Assembly: GCA_963727505.1 (NCBI GenBank)
Contig: CAVSGP010000009.1
Span: 608,001-672,000 of the forward strand
Direction of reading: 5' to 3'
Length of the DNA stretch: 64,000 nt
DNA from: an uncultured Trueperaceae bacterium
Lineage (GTDB): Bacteria > Deinococcota > Deinococci > Deinococcales > Trueperaceae
Below, in pieces: positions 31,652 to 42,919 of the stretch (within the stretch, counting starts at the first letter, position 1; the number at the start of each line of letters is the position of its first letter). The position numbers and the translations under genes are program-made. The notes beneath the pieces were generated by a model that worked only from the letters and a program-made list of their open reading frames with translations, had not been told where the DNA came from and made no database searches.

Positions 31652-32811
31652 TGGCGGGTGCTCCGCTCCTGCCGGGAGCCACGATCGGCATGCTCGGCAG
31701 CGGCCAGCTCGGCCGCATGTTCACCGTCGCGGCACGCCGGATGGGCTATCACGTGCACGTGCTGTCGCCGGCGGCGGGTTCGCCTACCGGTCAGCTCGCC
31801 GACCGCGAGGTGGTCGCCCCCTACGACGATGCCGACGCGGTGGGGCGCTTCGCGTCCGGGGTGGACGTCGTCACGCTGGAGTTCGAGAACATCCCCAGCG
31901 CCTCGCTCGATGCCGCTGCAGCGCGGGCGCCGGTGCGGCCCGGTGTGTTCGCGCTCCACACCACCCAGCACCGTGCACGCGAGAAGCGCTTCCTGGCCAG
32001 GCTCGGCGTGCCGCACGTCCCCTTCGCCGAAGTCGCTGCAGGAGGGGACCTGGACGCTGCGATCGCCGAGGTGGGGAGCCCTTGCGTGGTGAAGACGGCG
32101 GGTTTCGGCTACGACGGCAAGGGGCAGGTGCGCGTGGACGGAGAGCGGGGGCGCACGGAGGCGCGGGCGCTGGCGGTCGAGCAGGCCGTGGTGGTCGAGC
32201 GCTTCCTGGAACTGCAGGCGGAGCTGTCGGTGGTCGCCGCTCGCGGGCTCGACGGCGAAGTGGCCACCTTCGCGCCGGCCTTGAACCGGCACGAGCGCCA
32301 CATCCTGGACCTCTCGAGCGCGCCCGCGCCGGTGCCGCGCGCGGTCGCCGAGCGAGCGAGCGAGATCACCCTCGCCGTCCTTGAAGGGCTCGAGCTCGTC
32401 GGTGTCGCCTGCGTCGAGTTCTTCCTGGAGCGAGGGGGCCGCCTGTCGGTCAACGAGGTCGCCCCCCGACCCCACAACTCCGGTCATCTCACCATCGAGG
32501 GCGCGGAGACCAGCCAGTTCGAGCAGCAGCTCCGGGCCGTGACCGGGCTGCCGCTGGGCTCGTGCGCGCCGCTCCGTCCCGCGGCGATGGCGAACCTGCT
32601 GGGCGATCTGTGGCCGGGCGTCGAGCCGGACTGGGCGTCCGCGCTGAGCGTCCCGGGGGTTGAGCTCCACCTCTACGGCAAGGACGCCGCGCGCCCGGGC
32701 CGCAAGATGGGCCATCTGACCGCCACCGGCGAGCGCCTGGAGGAGGCGGAGGCGCGCGTGCTGCGGGCCCGCGAGCGAGCGGCGCGCGGGCCTGGGAGCT
32801 CACCGGCCTGA
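31651..32811 (+). CDS. purK: N5-CAIR synthetase
   Basis: [30 protein letters not shown]. Confidence 0.96.
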   Translation: MAGAPLLPGATIGMLGSGQLGRMFTVAARRMGYHVHVLSPAAGSPTGQLADREVVAPYDDADAVGRFASGVDVVTLEFENIPSASLDAAAARAPVRPGVFALHTTQHRAREKRFLARLGVPHVPFAEVAAGGDLDAAIAEVGSPCVVKTAGFGYDGKGQVRVDGERGRTEARALAVEQAVVVERFLELQAELSVVAARGLDGEVATFAPALNRHERHILDLSSAPAPVPRAVAERASEITLAVLEGLELVGVACVEFFLERGGRLSVNEVAPRPHNSGHLTIEGAETSQFEQQLRAVTGLPLGSCAPLRPAAMANLLGDLWPGVEPDWASALSVPGVELHLYGKDAARPGRKMGHLTATGERLEEAEARVLRARERAARGPGSSPA

Positions 32812-32897
32812 GGAACCCGGGGGCGCCGCCCGGTCGGCGTCCCTGGCGCGGCGTCGCGGCGCTCGGTGACTGTCGGGGACGCTGGTATAACGGGGGG

Positions 32898-34853
32898 GTG
32901 CACAACGCCGCCCTCCTCGCCCCGGACGTGCGGCGCCGCCTCGAGCTCTCGCTCGCGGCCGCCGCCTCCGAACTCGAAGCCCTGCCCACGCGCGACCGGC
33001 AGCTCTTCCAGCTGCGTTGCGAACGCTTCTTCCAGAACCTCCATGACGGGCTGTCGCCCGTCTACGGCCGCCGCCCCGACTTCGATGCCTTCCTGCAGCG
33101 GCTGGTCGCGGGCATGGCGCGCCACTTCCGCGACCGTCCGGAGCCGCTCAAGGTGCTCGACATCGAGCGCGACCTCACGCCCGACTGGTTCCAGCACGAG
33201 TCGATGCTGGGTTACGTGTTCTACGTCGAGCGCTTCGCCGGCGATCTGCGGGGGGTGCTCGAGCACCTCGACTACCTCGAGGAGCTGGGGGTCAATTACG
33301 TCCACCTGATGTACACCCTGCGGCCTCGCGAGGGGGAGAACGACGGCGGTTACGCCATCCGGGACTACCGGGACGTCGATCCCCGGCTGGGAACGATCGA
33401 CGACCTCGAGTACCTGTGCGGGGAGCTCCGTGAACGACGCATCAGTGCCTGCGTCGATCTGGTCCTCAACCACTGCGCCGACGATCACGCCTGGGCGCGC
33501 AAGGCGAGCGAAGGGGACGAGCACTACCAGGACTACTTCTTCATGTACGACGATCGCGCCGTCCCCGACGCGTACGAGAAGACCCTGCCGGAGGTGTTCC
33601 CGGACTTCGCGCCGGGGAACTTCACCTACGATTCCGCCATCGGCAAGTGGATCTGGACGACCTTCAACGACTACCAGTGGGACCTCAACTGGACGAACCC
33701 GGAGGTCTTCCTGGAGATCGTCGACATCATGTTCTTCCTGGCCAACAAGGGGGTCGAGGTCTTCCGGCTGGATGCCGTCGCGTTCCTGTGGAAGCGCCTG
33801 GGCACGGACTGCCAGAACCAGCCGGAGGTGCACGACGTGTTGCAGGCGCTGCGCGCGTGCTCACGCATCGCCTCGCCCGCTGTCGCCCACAAGGCCGAGG
33901 CCATCGTGTCGCCCGACGATCTCATCCACTACTTCGGCACCGGCCGGCACTACGGCAAGGTCAGCAACATCGCGTACCACAACTCGCTGATGGTGCAGTT
34001 CTGGTCCTCGCTGGCGAGCCGCGACACGCGGCTGATGGTCCACACGCTGCGGGAGTTCCCACGCACGCCGGCCTCGATCGCGTGGGGAACGTACGTCCGC
34101 TGTCACGACGATATCGGCTGGGCGGTCACCGAGGACGACGCGGCCGCCGTCGGCCTGTCGGGCCCGGGCCACCGGGACTTCCTGTCGGACTACTACTCGG
34201 GCCAGTTCCCGGGCTCGCACGCACGCGGCGCGGTGTTCCAGCACAATCGCCGCACGGGGGACCGCAGGATCTCGGGCAGCTTCGCGAGCCTGGCCGGGCT
34301 GGAGTTCGCCGTCGAACGGGCCGACGACCGGCTGGTGGCGCTCAGCATCGAGCGCATCCTGCTGGGGCACGCGCTCATCTGCGGTTTCGGCGGCATCCCG
34401 CTGATCTACATGGGCGACGAGATCGGCATGACGAACGACTACCGCTACACCAGCCTGCCCGAGCACGCCGGCGACAACCGCTGGATGCACCGCCCGTTCA
34501 TGGACTGGGAGAAGGCGGAGCGGCGCCGTGACGAGGCCAGCATCGAGGGGCGCATCTTCCACGGGCTGCGCCGGATCGTGCGCGCGCGCAGCCACACGCC
34601 GCAACTCAACTCTGCGTACGCCACCGAGGTGCTCGACGTCGATCACCCCCACCTGCTGGTGCTGTCGCGCCCTCACCCCCTGGGCGAGCTGGTCGAGATC
34701 TACAACTTCAGCGAGTCGTCGCAGTGGCTCGATGCCGCCGTGCTGGTCGGCCGGAACCTCTACCAGCCGTTCGACCAGCTCAGCCAGGCGTTCGTCGACG
34801 TCTCGCGGGGCGCCCTGTCGGTGCCGCCCTACGGCCGCTACTGGCTGATCTGA
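32898..34853 (+). CDS. amylosucrase / sucrose hydrolase (GH13_4)
   Basis: DGGYA, FRLDAVAF, KAEAIV, RCHDDIGW, DNRWMHRP. Confidence 0.88.
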   Translation: MHNAALLAPDVRRRLELSLAAAASELEALPTRDRQLFQLRCERFFQNLHDGLSPVYGRRPDFDAFLQRLVAGMARHFRDRPEPLKVLDIERDLTPDWFQHESMLGYVFYVERFAGDLRGVLEHLDYLEELGVNYVHLMYTLRPREGENDGGYAIRDYRDVDPRLGTIDDLEYLCGELRERRISACVDLVLNHCADDHAWARKASEGDEHYQDYFFMYDDRAVPDAYEKTLPEVFPDFAPGNFTYDSAIGKWIWTTFNDYQWDLNWTNPEVFLEIVDIMFFLANKGVEVFRLDAVAFLWKRLGTDCQNQPEVHDVLQALRACSRIASPAVAHKAEAIVSPDDLIHYFGTGRHYGKVSNIAYHNSLMVQFWSSLASRDTRLMVHTLREFPRTPASIAWGTYVRCHDDIGWAVTEDDAAAVGLSGPGHRDFLSDYYSGQFPGSHARGAVFQHNRRTGDRRISGSFASLAGLEFAVERADDRLVALSIERILLGHALICGFGGIPLIYMGDEIGMTNDYRYTSLPEHAGDNRWMHRPFMDWEKAERRRDEASIEGRIFHGLRRIVRARSHTPQLNSAYATEVLDVDHPHLLVLSRPHPLGELVEIYNFSESSQWLDAAVLVGRNLYQPFDQLSQAFVDVSRGALSVPPYGRYWLI

Positions 34854-34873
34854 GCGACGCGTGCTCGCAAGGC

Positions 34874-34912
34874 AAGAAGAACGCCCCCGGCCGTTGCGGG
34901 CCGGGGGCGTTC
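34874..34912 (-). terminator. intrinsic terminator, possibly bidirectional
   Basis: 14-bp stem gaacgcccccggcc/ggccgggggcgttc with U-rich tail on the minus strand. Confidence 0.8.
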
Positions 34913-34934
34913 CAGGTTGCAGGTGGCGCGAACG

Positions 34935-36413
34935 TTACTGGATGGTGATGCGCCCGTCGGTCTTCGGGGCGATGGTGCCGTCCGCGGCCACGGCGTTCGC
35001 CACCACCTCGGCCAAGAGCGGCCCCTCGGCCGGCGACACGGTGGTCGGCAGCCCCTTGAACGCGGTGTAGCCGTCGCCGCCACTGTACATGTAGTCGTTG
35101 ATCGCCACGACGTAGGTGGCGTTGGGGTCGAGCGGCTTGCCGCCGACCATGATGTCGCTGACGCGCTGGCCGGCGGGCTGGCCCGGGCGCACGGTGAACG
35201 AGACACCCGATACCTGCGGGAACCGCCCCGCCAGGTCCTGCATCTGGGATACGCCGTTCTCCAGTGCCGCCGCCAGGGCGCTGCCCTTGGCCTTCACCGC
35301 GACGATGCTGTTGCCGAACGGCAGGATGGCGTAGACGTCCTTCTTGGTGACCGGGCCCGCCGGGTACATGCGGTCGGTGCGGATGCCGCCACCGTTCATG
35401 ATCGCGACATCGGCGCGCGTGGCCTGGCGGGTGGCGTCGGCGATGTAGTCCCCGAGGTTGGTCTCCTTGGCGCGGACGTCCTTCTCGACGGCGTCCAGGG
35501 CCACCACGGACTTGCCGAGCACCTTGGCGAAGCTGGCGTCGAGTTGGGTGGCGTAGCCCTGCACGAACGCCTGCATGCCCGGGTCCTTGGGCGTGAGGTT
35601 GCTCACGGGGATGTTGCGGTAGCTGGTCACGGGGTTCTTGCCGGAGAAGTCGACGTTGACGTCCCACACGTTGCGCCAGTCGCTCGTCGCCTTGACGAAC
35701 GGGGCGTGGCCGCACTGGGTGTCCATCATGGCGGCGTGGTCGTGCCCGCCGACGATGAGGTCGATGCCCGACACCTTCGAGGAGAGCTCGCAGTCCTGCG
35801 CCTTGGCCTCGTGGGTGAGTGCGACGATGTACTGGGCGCCCTCGCCCTGGAGCTTCTTGACCTCGGCCTGGGCCGTGGCGATGGGATCCTTGAAGGTGAC
35901 CGCCGAGGCGTTGGCGAGGATCGACGAGAAGTCGTAGGCGATCCCGAAGAGGCCGATCTTGACGCCACCCACGTCTACGACGGCGTCGGCCTGGGTGCCG
36001 GCGATCGGCTCACCGGTCGAGCTGTCCAGGATGTTGGCCGTGAGCCAGGTGAAGTTGGACTCCTGGATGCGCTGCTTCAACACGTCGAGCCCGAAGTCGA
36101 ACTCGTGATTGCCGAGGGTGGCGTAGTCGACGCCCAGGCGGTTGAGGGCCTCCACCATCTGCTTGCCCTGGAAGGCGTTGGACATCACCGAGGGGGAGAG
36201 CAGGTCGCCGGCGAAGAGCACCAGCGTGTTGGGGTCGAAGGCCTTGACCTGGTGGACGACCGTGGCGACCGCGGCCGCCCCGCCCCGCGTACCGCTGTCG
36301 ACGCCCTGCAGCTCGTAGACGTCGTTGAAGGTCAGGAAGCCGACGCGCTGCGCCTGGGCGAATGCTCCCAGCATGATCAGAGCGACGAAGAGCCAACGGA
36401 ATCTGCGCATCAT
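34935..36413 (-). CDS. secreted 5'-nucleotidase / UDP-sugar hydrolase family
   Basis: Signal peptide, NDVY, AGD, GNHEFD, GGHDH, NGGGIR. Confidence 0.9.
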   Translation of the reverse strand: MMRRFRWLFVALIMLGAFAQAQRVGFLTFNDVYELQGVDSGTRGGAAAVATVVHQVKAFDPNTLVLFAGDLLSPSVMSNAFQGKQMVEALNRLGVDYATLGNHEFDFGLDVLKQRIQESNFTWLTANILDSSTGEPIAGTQADAVVDVGGVKIGLFGIAYDFSSILANASAVTFKDPIATAQAEVKKLQGEGAQYIVALTHEAKAQDCELSSKVSGIDLIVGGHDHAAMMDTQCGHAPFVKATSDWRNVWDVNVDFSGKNPVTSYRNIPVSNLTPKDPGMQAFVQGYATQLDASFAKVLGKSVVALDAVEKDVRAKETNLGDYIADATRQATRADVAIMNGGGIRTDRMYPAGPVTKKDVYAILPFGNSIVAVKAKGSALAAALENGVSQMQDLAGRFPQVSGVSFTVRPGQPAGQRVSDIMVGGKPLDPNATYVVAINDYMYSGGDGYTAFKGLPTTVSPAEGPLLAEVVANAVAADGTIAPKTDGRITIQ

Positions 36414-36655
36414 ACGGGTACCACCTTTCGGAATCGCGAGCCGGGGCCGCCGAACCGGCCCCGCCGGGCGGGAACGTGCCGGCCGCGCCAGGGGCCGGCA
36501 CGGGCCGTTCGTCCCCCATCTACGGTCGTCACCTTCCGGCGGTTACCAGTACACCACACCGCAGCGAAGGCATGGCGGCCCGGACGGGGCGATGCGGAGC
36601 GCTCCGGTTCCGTCGGGGCGGTGGGCGCGCCGGCGTCGGGAAGGTGGCCGAGCAC

Positions 36656-36685
36656 TTGAAAAGAGGTCCGTGTGCGGAGTATACT
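36656..36685 (+). promoter_or_regulatory. str operon promoter
   Basis: TTGAAA-18-TATACT. Confidence 0.7.
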
Positions 36686-36840
36686 CACGAGGTTTGACTC
36701 CCCCTGGCCCGCAGCGATGGGTCCGGGGGAAGGTTTGTCGTGTGCTGCACGGCACCTGGCATCTCGCCGATCCCGCCTCTGCGATCAGGGTCGAGTCCGC
36801 TCGCCGAAAAGCGAGCGCCACGCTTAAGGGAGTGATTGCT

Positions 36841-37230
36841 CTGCCGACCGTTAACCAGCTCCTCAGGAAGGGCCGCAAGAAGCTGCCCAAGAAGAACAAG
36901 ACCCCGGCGCTCAAGGGGTCTCCGCAGCGTCGCGGCGTGTGCACGGCGGTGAAGACCCAGACCCCGAAGAAGCCGAACTCCGCGCTGCGGAAGATCGCGC
37001 GCGTGCGGCTGTCGAGCGGGTACGAGGTGACCGCCTACATCCCGGGTGAGAAGCACAATCTCCAGGAGCACTCGGTCGTGTTGATCCGTGGTGGCCGCGT
37101 GAAGGACCTGCCGGGGGTCCGTTATCACATCGTCAGAGGTGCGCTCGACGCCCAGGGCGTCGGCGTGGGCCGCTACGTGCAGCGCAACCAAGGGCGCAGC
37201 AAGTACGGCACGAAGAAGCCGAAGGGCTAG
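36841..37230 (+). CDS. rpsL: 30S ribosomal protein S12 (CTG start at 36841 or GTG at 36832)
   Basis: [24 protein letters not shown]. Confidence 0.97.
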   Translation: MPTVNQLLRKGRKKLPKKNKTPALKGSPQRRGVCTAVKTQTPKKPNSALRKIARVRLSSGYEVTAYIPGEKHNLQEHSVVLIRGGRVKDLPGVRYHIVRGALDAQGVGVGRYVQRNQGRSKYGTKKPKG

Positions 37231-37243
37231 GTCGAGGTAGAGG

Positions 37244-37714
37244 ATGGGACGCAGGAGACGAGCACAGGTCCGCAAACTCGAGCCTGATCTGGTGTACAGC
37301 GACACCACGGTCACGGCGTTCGTGAACAAGCTGATGCGTGATGGCAAGAAGAACCTCGCCAGCCGTATCTTCTATGGTTCGTGCCGGCTGATCCAGGAGC
37401 GCAGCGGCCAGGAGCCCCTGAAGGTGTTCCGGCAGGCGCTCGATAACGTCAAGCCGCGCATCGAGGTCAAGAGCCGCCGTGTCGGTGGTGCCACGTACCA
37501 GGTTCCCGTGGAGGTCAACCCGCGCCGGTCGCAATCGCTCAGCTTGCGGTGGCTGGTGGCGGCGTCCGACTCGCGCCCCGAAAGGACCGCCGTGGAGCGT
37601 GTCGCGGGCGAGTTGCTGGATGCCGCGGCGGGTCGTGGCGGGGCCGTCAAGAAGAAGGATGATGTCGAGCGCATGGCGGAGGCGAACCGCGCCTACGCCC
37701 ACTACCGCTGGTAG
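37244..37714 (+). CDS. rpsG: 30S ribosomal protein S7
   Basis: RRVGGATYQVP, MAEANRAYAHYRW. Confidence 0.98.
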   Translation: MGRRRRAQVRKLEPDLVYSDTTVTAFVNKLMRDGKKNLASRIFYGSCRLIQERSGQEPLKVFRQALDNVKPRIEVKSRRVGGATYQVPVEVNPRRSQSLSLRWLVAASDSRPERTAVERVAGELLDAAAGRGGAVKKKDDVERMAEANRAYAHYRW

Positions 37715-37744
37715 CCGGCGCGCTTCCGACCCGACAGGTGGAGT

Positions 37745-39817
37745 ATGACTACCCAGACGAAGATTGACCTGCACAAGACCCGCAATATCGGCATCGCCGC
37801 CCACATCGACGCGGGCAAGACGACGCTGACGGAGCGGATCCTGTTCTATGCGGGGCGCATCCACAAGATGGGGGAGACCCACGAGGGCGCCTCCCAGATG
37901 GACTGGATGGAGCAGGAGCGCGAGCGTGGCATCACGATCACTTCGGCCGTGACGCAGTGCTTCTGGCTCGACACCCGCATCAATATCATCGACACTCCAG
38001 GGCACGTCGACTTCACCATGGAGGTCGAGCGCAGCATGCGCGTGCTCGACGGCGCCGTGGCGGTGTTCGACGCCAGCCAGGGCGTGGAGCCGCAGAGCGA
38101 GACGGTGTGGCGTCAGGCCGACAAGTACCGCGTGCCGCGCCTCGCCTTCGCCAACAAGATGGACAAGACCGGGGCGGACTTCCAGCTCGTGCTCGACAGC
38201 ATGGAGGAGCGCCTCGCGGCGAACGCCGTGGCGATCCAGTGGCCGATGGGGGCCGAGGACAAGTTCGCCGGCATCCTCGACCTGGTGGACATGAAGGCGG
38301 TCATCTACGGTGACGATCTGGGCAAGGACATCCAGTTCGTGGACATCCCCGCCGAGTGGCAGGACACCGCCGAGGAGAAGCGCAACCTCATGATCGAGCG
38401 CCTGGCGGACGTCGACGACGATGTAGCGCTGCTGTTCCTGGAGGGCGAGGAGATCCCGACCGAGACGATCAAGTCCGCCATCCGGCAGGCGACCATCGCC
38501 CAGAAGATCTTCCCGGTCCTGTGCGGCTCGGCCCTCAAGAACAAGGGCGTGCAGCGTGTCCTCGACGCCGTTGCCTGGTATCTGCCCAGCCCGCTCGACG
38601 TGCCGCCCGTGCGCGGCGTGATCCCCGACACCGGTGAGGAGCAGACGCGCCCGGCCGAGGAGGACGCGCCTACCGCGGCGCTGGCGTACAAGGTCATGAC
38701 CGACCCCTACGTGGGCCGGCTGGTGTTCGTGCGGGTCTACTCGGGTGCGTTCGTCTCCGGCTCCTACATCTACAACGTGTCCAAGGGCAAGCGCGAGCGC
38801 ATCGGACGCCTGCTGAAGATGCACGCCAACTCCCGCGAGGAGGTGGAGCGCATCGGCGCCGGCGACGTGGGCGCCGTGATCGGGCTCAAGGACACCAGCA
38901 CCGGCGACACGCTCGCCGACCCGGATCACCCCATCGAGCTCGAGTCGATCGAGATCCCCGAGCCGGTCATCACGGTAGCCATCGAGCCGGCGTCGAAGGC
39001 CGACCAGGACAAGCTGTCCAACGGTCTTGTGAAGCTGGCCGAGGAGGACCCGACCTTCCGCGTGGAGACCGATGCCGAGACCGGGCAGACCAAGATCTCG
39101 GGCATGGGTGAGCTCCACCTGGAGATCATCGTGGACCGGCTCAAGCGCGAGTTCAACGTCAATGCCCACGTCGGCGCGCCGCAGGTGGCGTACCGCGAGA
39201 CCATCACGCGGAAGGTCGACGTCGAGGGCAAGTTCGTGCGCCAGACGGGCGGTCGCGGTCAGTACGGCCATGTCAAGCTGCAGGCCGAGCCGCGCGCCCG
39301 GGGCGAGGGCTTCGAGTTCGAGAACGGCATCGTCGGCGGCGTCATCCCCCGTGAGTACATCCCGGCCGTGCAGAAGGGCGTCGAGGAGGCCATGCAGAAC
39401 GGGCCGCTACTCGGTTTCCCCATCGTCGACATGAAGGTGAAGCTCTACGACGGGTCGTACCACGAGGTGGACTCGTCGGAGATGGCCTTCAAGATCGCCG
39501 CCTCGATGGGGTTGCGCGAGATCATGAAGCAGGGTGGGGCCGCAGTGCTCGAGCCGGTCATGCGGGTCGAGGTGGTCACTCCTGACCAGTACATGGGTGA
39601 CGTCATCGGGAACCTGAACTCGCGTCGCGGCCAGATCCAGGGCATGGAGCCCCGCGGCAACGCCCAGGTCGTCACCGCCCACGTGCCGCTTGCCGAGATG
39701 TTCGGCTACGCGACCGACCTCCGTAGCCTGTCGCAGGGCCGGGCCGTCTTCACGATGATGCTCGATCACTACGACCAGGTCCCGCGCAGCATTCAAGAAG
39801 AGCTCGTCAAGAGCTGA
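37745..39817 (+). CDS. fusA: elongation factor G
   Basis: [29 protein letters not shown]. Confidence 0.98.
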   Translation: MTTQTKIDLHKTRNIGIAAHIDAGKTTLTERILFYAGRIHKMGETHEGASQMDWMEQERERGITITSAVTQCFWLDTRINIIDTPGHVDFTMEVERSMRVLDGAVAVFDASQGVEPQSETVWRQADKYRVPRLAFANKMDKTGADFQLVLDSMEERLAANAVAIQWPMGAEDKFAGILDLVDMKAVIYGDDLGKDIQFVDIPAEWQDTAEEKRNLMIERLADVDDDVALLFLEGEEIPTETIKSAIRQATIAQKIFPVLCGSALKNKGVQRVLDAVAWYLPSPLDVPPVRGVIPDTGEEQTRPAEEDAPTAALAYKVMTDPYVGRLVFVRVYSGAFVSGSYIYNVSKGKRERIGRLLKMHANSREEVERIGAGDVGAVIGLKDTSTGDTLADPDHPIELESIEIPEPVITVAIEPASKADQDKLSNGLVKLAEEDPTFRVETDAETGQTKISGMGELHLEIIVDRLKREFNVNAHVGAPQVAYRETITRKVDVEGKFVRQTGGRGQYGHVKLQAEPRARGEGFEFENGIVGGVIPREYIPAVQKGVEEAMQNGPLLGFPIVDMKVKLYDGSYHEVDSSEMAFKIAASMGLREIMKQGGAAVLEPVMRVEVVTPDQYMGDVIGNLNSRRGQIQGMEPRGNAQVVTAHVPLAEMFGYATDLRSLSQGRAVFTMMLDHYDQVPRSIQEELVKS

Positions 39818-39857
39818 GAATCGTCCGACCTCGTTTCGGAGTCGAAGGAGAACAACG

Positions 39858-41077
39858 ATGGCTAAGGGTGTGTTTGAGCGTACGAAGCCGCATGTGAATG
39901 TGGGGACGATTGGGCATGTGGATCATGGGAAGACGACGTTGACGGCTGCGATTACGTTTGCGGCTGCGGCGGCGGATCCGAGTGTGGAGATTCAGGATTA
40001 CGATCAGATTGATAAGGCGCCGGAGGAGAAGGCGCGGGGGATTACGATTAATACGGCGCATGTGGAGTATCAGACGGTTGCGCGGCATTATTCGCATGTG
40101 GATTGTCCGGGGCATGCGGATTATGTGAAGAACATGATTACGGGTGCTGCGCAGATGGATGGTGCGGTGTTGGTGGTGTCGGCTGCGGATGGGCCGATGC
40201 CGCAGACGCGTGAGCATATTTTGTTGGCGCGTCAGGTGGGGGTGCCGTCGATTGTGGTGTTTTTGAACAAGGTGGATATGGTGGATGATGAGGAGTTGTT
40301 GGAGTTGGTGGAGATGGAGGTGCGGGAGCTTTTGTCTTCGTATGAGTTTCCGGGGGATGAGATTCCGGTGGTGTCGGGGTCTGCGTTGAGGGCGTTGGAG
40401 GCGTTGCATGGGAATCCGAATATGCAGCGTGGTGAGGATGGGTGGGTGGATAAGATTTGGGAGTTGTTGGATGCGGTGGATTCGTATGTTCCGACGCCGG
40501 TTCGGGATACGGAGAAGCCGTTTTTGATGCCGGTGGAGGATGTGTTTACGATTACGGGTCGTGGGACGGTGGCTACGGGTCGTATTGAGCGTGGTGGGGT
40601 GAAGACGGGGGATGAGGTTGAGATTGTTGGGTCTGGGGGATACGCGGAAGACGGTGGTGACTGGGTGTGGAGATGCATCGGAAGACGTTGTCGTCGGGGA
40701 TGGCTGGGGATAATGTGGGGGTTTTGTTGCGGGGTGTGGGGCGTGAGGAGATTGAGCGGGGTCAGGTGTTGGCGAAGCCTGGTTCGATTACGCCGCATAC
40801 GGTGTTTCGGGGGTCGGTGTATGTGTTGAAGAAGGAGGAGGGGGGGCGGCATTCGGCGTTTTTTTCTGGGTATCGGCCGCAGTTTTACTTTCGGACGACG
40901 GATGTGACGGGGGTGGTGTCGTTGCCGGAGGGTGTGGAGATGGTGATGCCTGGGGATAATGTGGAGCTTGCGGTGGAGTTGATTAAGCCGATTGCGATGG
41001 AGGAGGGGTTGCGGTTTGCGATTCGTGAGGGGGGTCGGACGGTCGGTGCGGGTGTCGTGACGGCCGTGACGAAGTAA
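39858..41077 (+). CDS. tuf: elongation factor Tu, with two apparent +1 G insertions (40629-40631, 40663-40665)
   Basis: [31 protein letters not shown]; 1220 nt = 405 codons + stop + 2 extra bases. Confidence 0.96.
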
Positions 41078-41079
41078 CC

Positions 41080-41400
41080 ATGGCAGCCCCCAAGATCCGA
41101 ATCAAGCTCAAGGCGTTCGATCACCGAAGCCTGGACAGTTCCGCCACCAAGATCGTAGAGACGGTCCGGCGCACGGGCGCCAAGGTCGCCGGCCCGGTGC
41201 CGCTCCCGACCCGCATCCGGCGGTTCTGCGTGCTGCGTTCGCCGTTCGTCGACAAGGACAGCCGGGAACACTTCGAGATCCGTACCCACAACCGGCTGAT
41301 CGACATCAAGTCGCCGACGAAGAGCACCATCGATTCCCTCATGCACCTCGATCTGCCGACCGGGGTGGACATCGAGATCAAGACCGTCGGAGGACGATGA
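41080..41400 (+). CDS. rpsJ: 30S ribosomal protein S10
   Basis: [16 protein letters not shown]. Confidence 0.98.
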   Translation: MAAPKIRIKLKAFDHRSLDSSATKIVETVRRTGAKVAGPVPLPTRIRRFCVLRSPFVDKDSREHFEIRTHNRLIDIKSPTKSTIDSLMHLDLPTGVDIEIKTVGGR

Positions 41401-42023
41401 GCGTGAAAGGCATTCTCGGCACCAAGGTGGGCATGACCCAGGTGTGGTTCGGCGACCGGCTCGTGCCGGTGACCGTCGTCCTCGCCGGGCCCTGCCCCGT
41501 GGTGCAGCGCAAGACGCCGGAGCGTGACGGCTATTCCGCCGTGCAGCTCGGCTGGGTGGAGAAGCGCGAGAAGCTCGCGAACAAACCCCAGCTCGGGCAC
41601 TTCCGCAAGGCGGGGGTCGCGCCGCAGCGTCACCTGGTGGAGTTCAGGGACTACACGCCCGACGACGACAACGTCACGGTCGAGATCTTCGAGCCGGGCG
41701 AGACGGTCGACGTCACCGGCACCAGCAAGGGACGAGGGACCGCCGGCGTGATCAAGCGCTGGGGGTTCAGCGGCATGCCTGCCAGCCACGGCACCAAGAA
41801 GAAGCACCGCCACGGCGGGTCCATCGGCAACCGCAAGTCCCCGGGCCGCGTCTACAAGGGCAAGCGCATGGCGGGCCGCCACGGTGCGGCTCCCGTGACG
41901 ACGGTCGGCCTCGAGGTCGTGGACGTTCGCAAGGACGACAACCTGATCCTCATCAAGGGTGCATTGCCCGGCGCGAACGGCTCGATGCTGGTAGTCAAGC
42001 AATCGAACAGGAGGGCGCGCTGA
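41397..42023 (+). CDS. rplC: 50S ribosomal protein L3
   Basis: KVGMTQ, SKGRG; synteny. Confidence 0.98.
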   Translation: MSVKGILGTKVGMTQVWFGDRLVPVTVVLAGPCPVVQRKTPERDGYSAVQLGWVEKREKLANKPQLGHFRKAGVAPQRHLVEFRDYTPDDDNVTVEIFEPGETVDVTGTSKGRGTAGVIKRWGFSGMPASHGTKKKHRHGGSIGNRKSPGRVYKGKRMAGRHGAAPVTTVGLEVVDVRKDDNLILIKGALPGANGSMLVVKQSNRRAR

Positions 42024-42619
42024 TGCCGGTCACGCTCGACGTCGTCGGTAGCGAACGGAAGCTCACGCTCGACCTGCCCGAGCCGAAGGAGTCGGTGCTG
42101 CACGAGGTCGTTGCCTGGCAGCTCTCGAAGCGCAGGCGCGGCACGGCGGCGACCAAGACCCGCGGCATGATGACGGGCTCCACCGCCAAGATCTACGCGC
42201 AGAAGGGTACCGGCCGTGCACGGCACGGTGACCGGAAGGCCCCGATCTTCGTGGGCGGCGGGACGGTCTTCGGTCCGCAACCACGCAACTACGGCTACAC
42301 GTTGCCCAAGCGCGTACGCCGGCTCGGCCTGGCCATGGCCGTCGCAGCCAGGGCGCAGGCCGGGAAGCTGACGCTGGTGGAGTCGTTCGACATCGACGGC
42401 AAGACCAAGGCGTTCGTGAGCTGGGCCCGCGACCACGGGTTCGACGGTAGCGAGCGGGTACTGCTCGTCACCGACGACGAGATGGCCCGCCGTGCAGCAC
42501 GCAACCTTCCCTGGGTCGACGTGCTGCCCGCGCGCGGCCTGAACGCCTACGACATCTTGCGCAGCGACCACGTGATCGCCGACGCCAAGATCTTCGACAC
42601 CGCGGAGGTGGGATCGTGA
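42023..42619 (+). CDS. rplD: 50S ribosomal protein L4
   Basis: [10 protein letters not shown]. Confidence 0.98.
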   Translation: MPVTLDVVGSERKLTLDLPEPKESVLHEVVAWQLSKRRRGTAATKTRGMMTGSTAKIYAQKGTGRARHGDRKAPIFVGGGTVFGPQPRNYGYTLPKRVRRLGLAMAVAARAQAGKLTLVESFDIDGKTKAFVSWARDHGFDGSERVLLVTDDEMARRAARNLPWVDVLPARGLNAYDILRSDHVIADAKIFDTAEVGS

Positions 42620-42903
42620 ACCCGCACGACGTGATCCTCTCCCCGGTCCTCAGCGAGAAGGCCATCGGCACCATCGAAGCGGGCAAGTATGCCTTCTACG
42701 TGCACCCGGACGCGAACCGCAGCCAGGTCAAGGACGCCGTCGAGATCGTGTTCAAGGTCGATGTCGTCAAGATCAACATGCTGAAGGTCCGCGGCAAGAT
42801 CAAGACGCAAGGACGCTACCCGGGCCGGTCCTCGCTCCGCAAGAAGGCGATCGTCACCCTGCAGGCCGGGCAGCGCATCCAGCAGCTCGAAGGCCTGACG
42901 TAA
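42616..42903 (+). CDS. rplW: 50S ribosomal protein L23
   Basis: SEKA, KKAIVTL; synteny. Confidence 0.97.
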   Translation: MNPHDVILSPVLSEKAIGTIEAGKYAFYVHPDANRSQVKDAVEIVFKVDVVKINMLKVRGKIKTQGRYPGRSSLRKKAIVTLQAGQRIQQLEGLT

Positions 42904-42919
42904 GGAAGGGAGGGAACGC

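Noticed and set aside
39807..40852. His/Arg/Pro/Ser-rich minus-strand ORFs over tuf
   Set aside because: By-product of the G/T skew on the tuf coding strand.
39858..41077. tuf as a horizontally acquired low-GC island
   Set aside because: Syntenic position, lineage-typical protein insert, and G remains high; only C is depleted.
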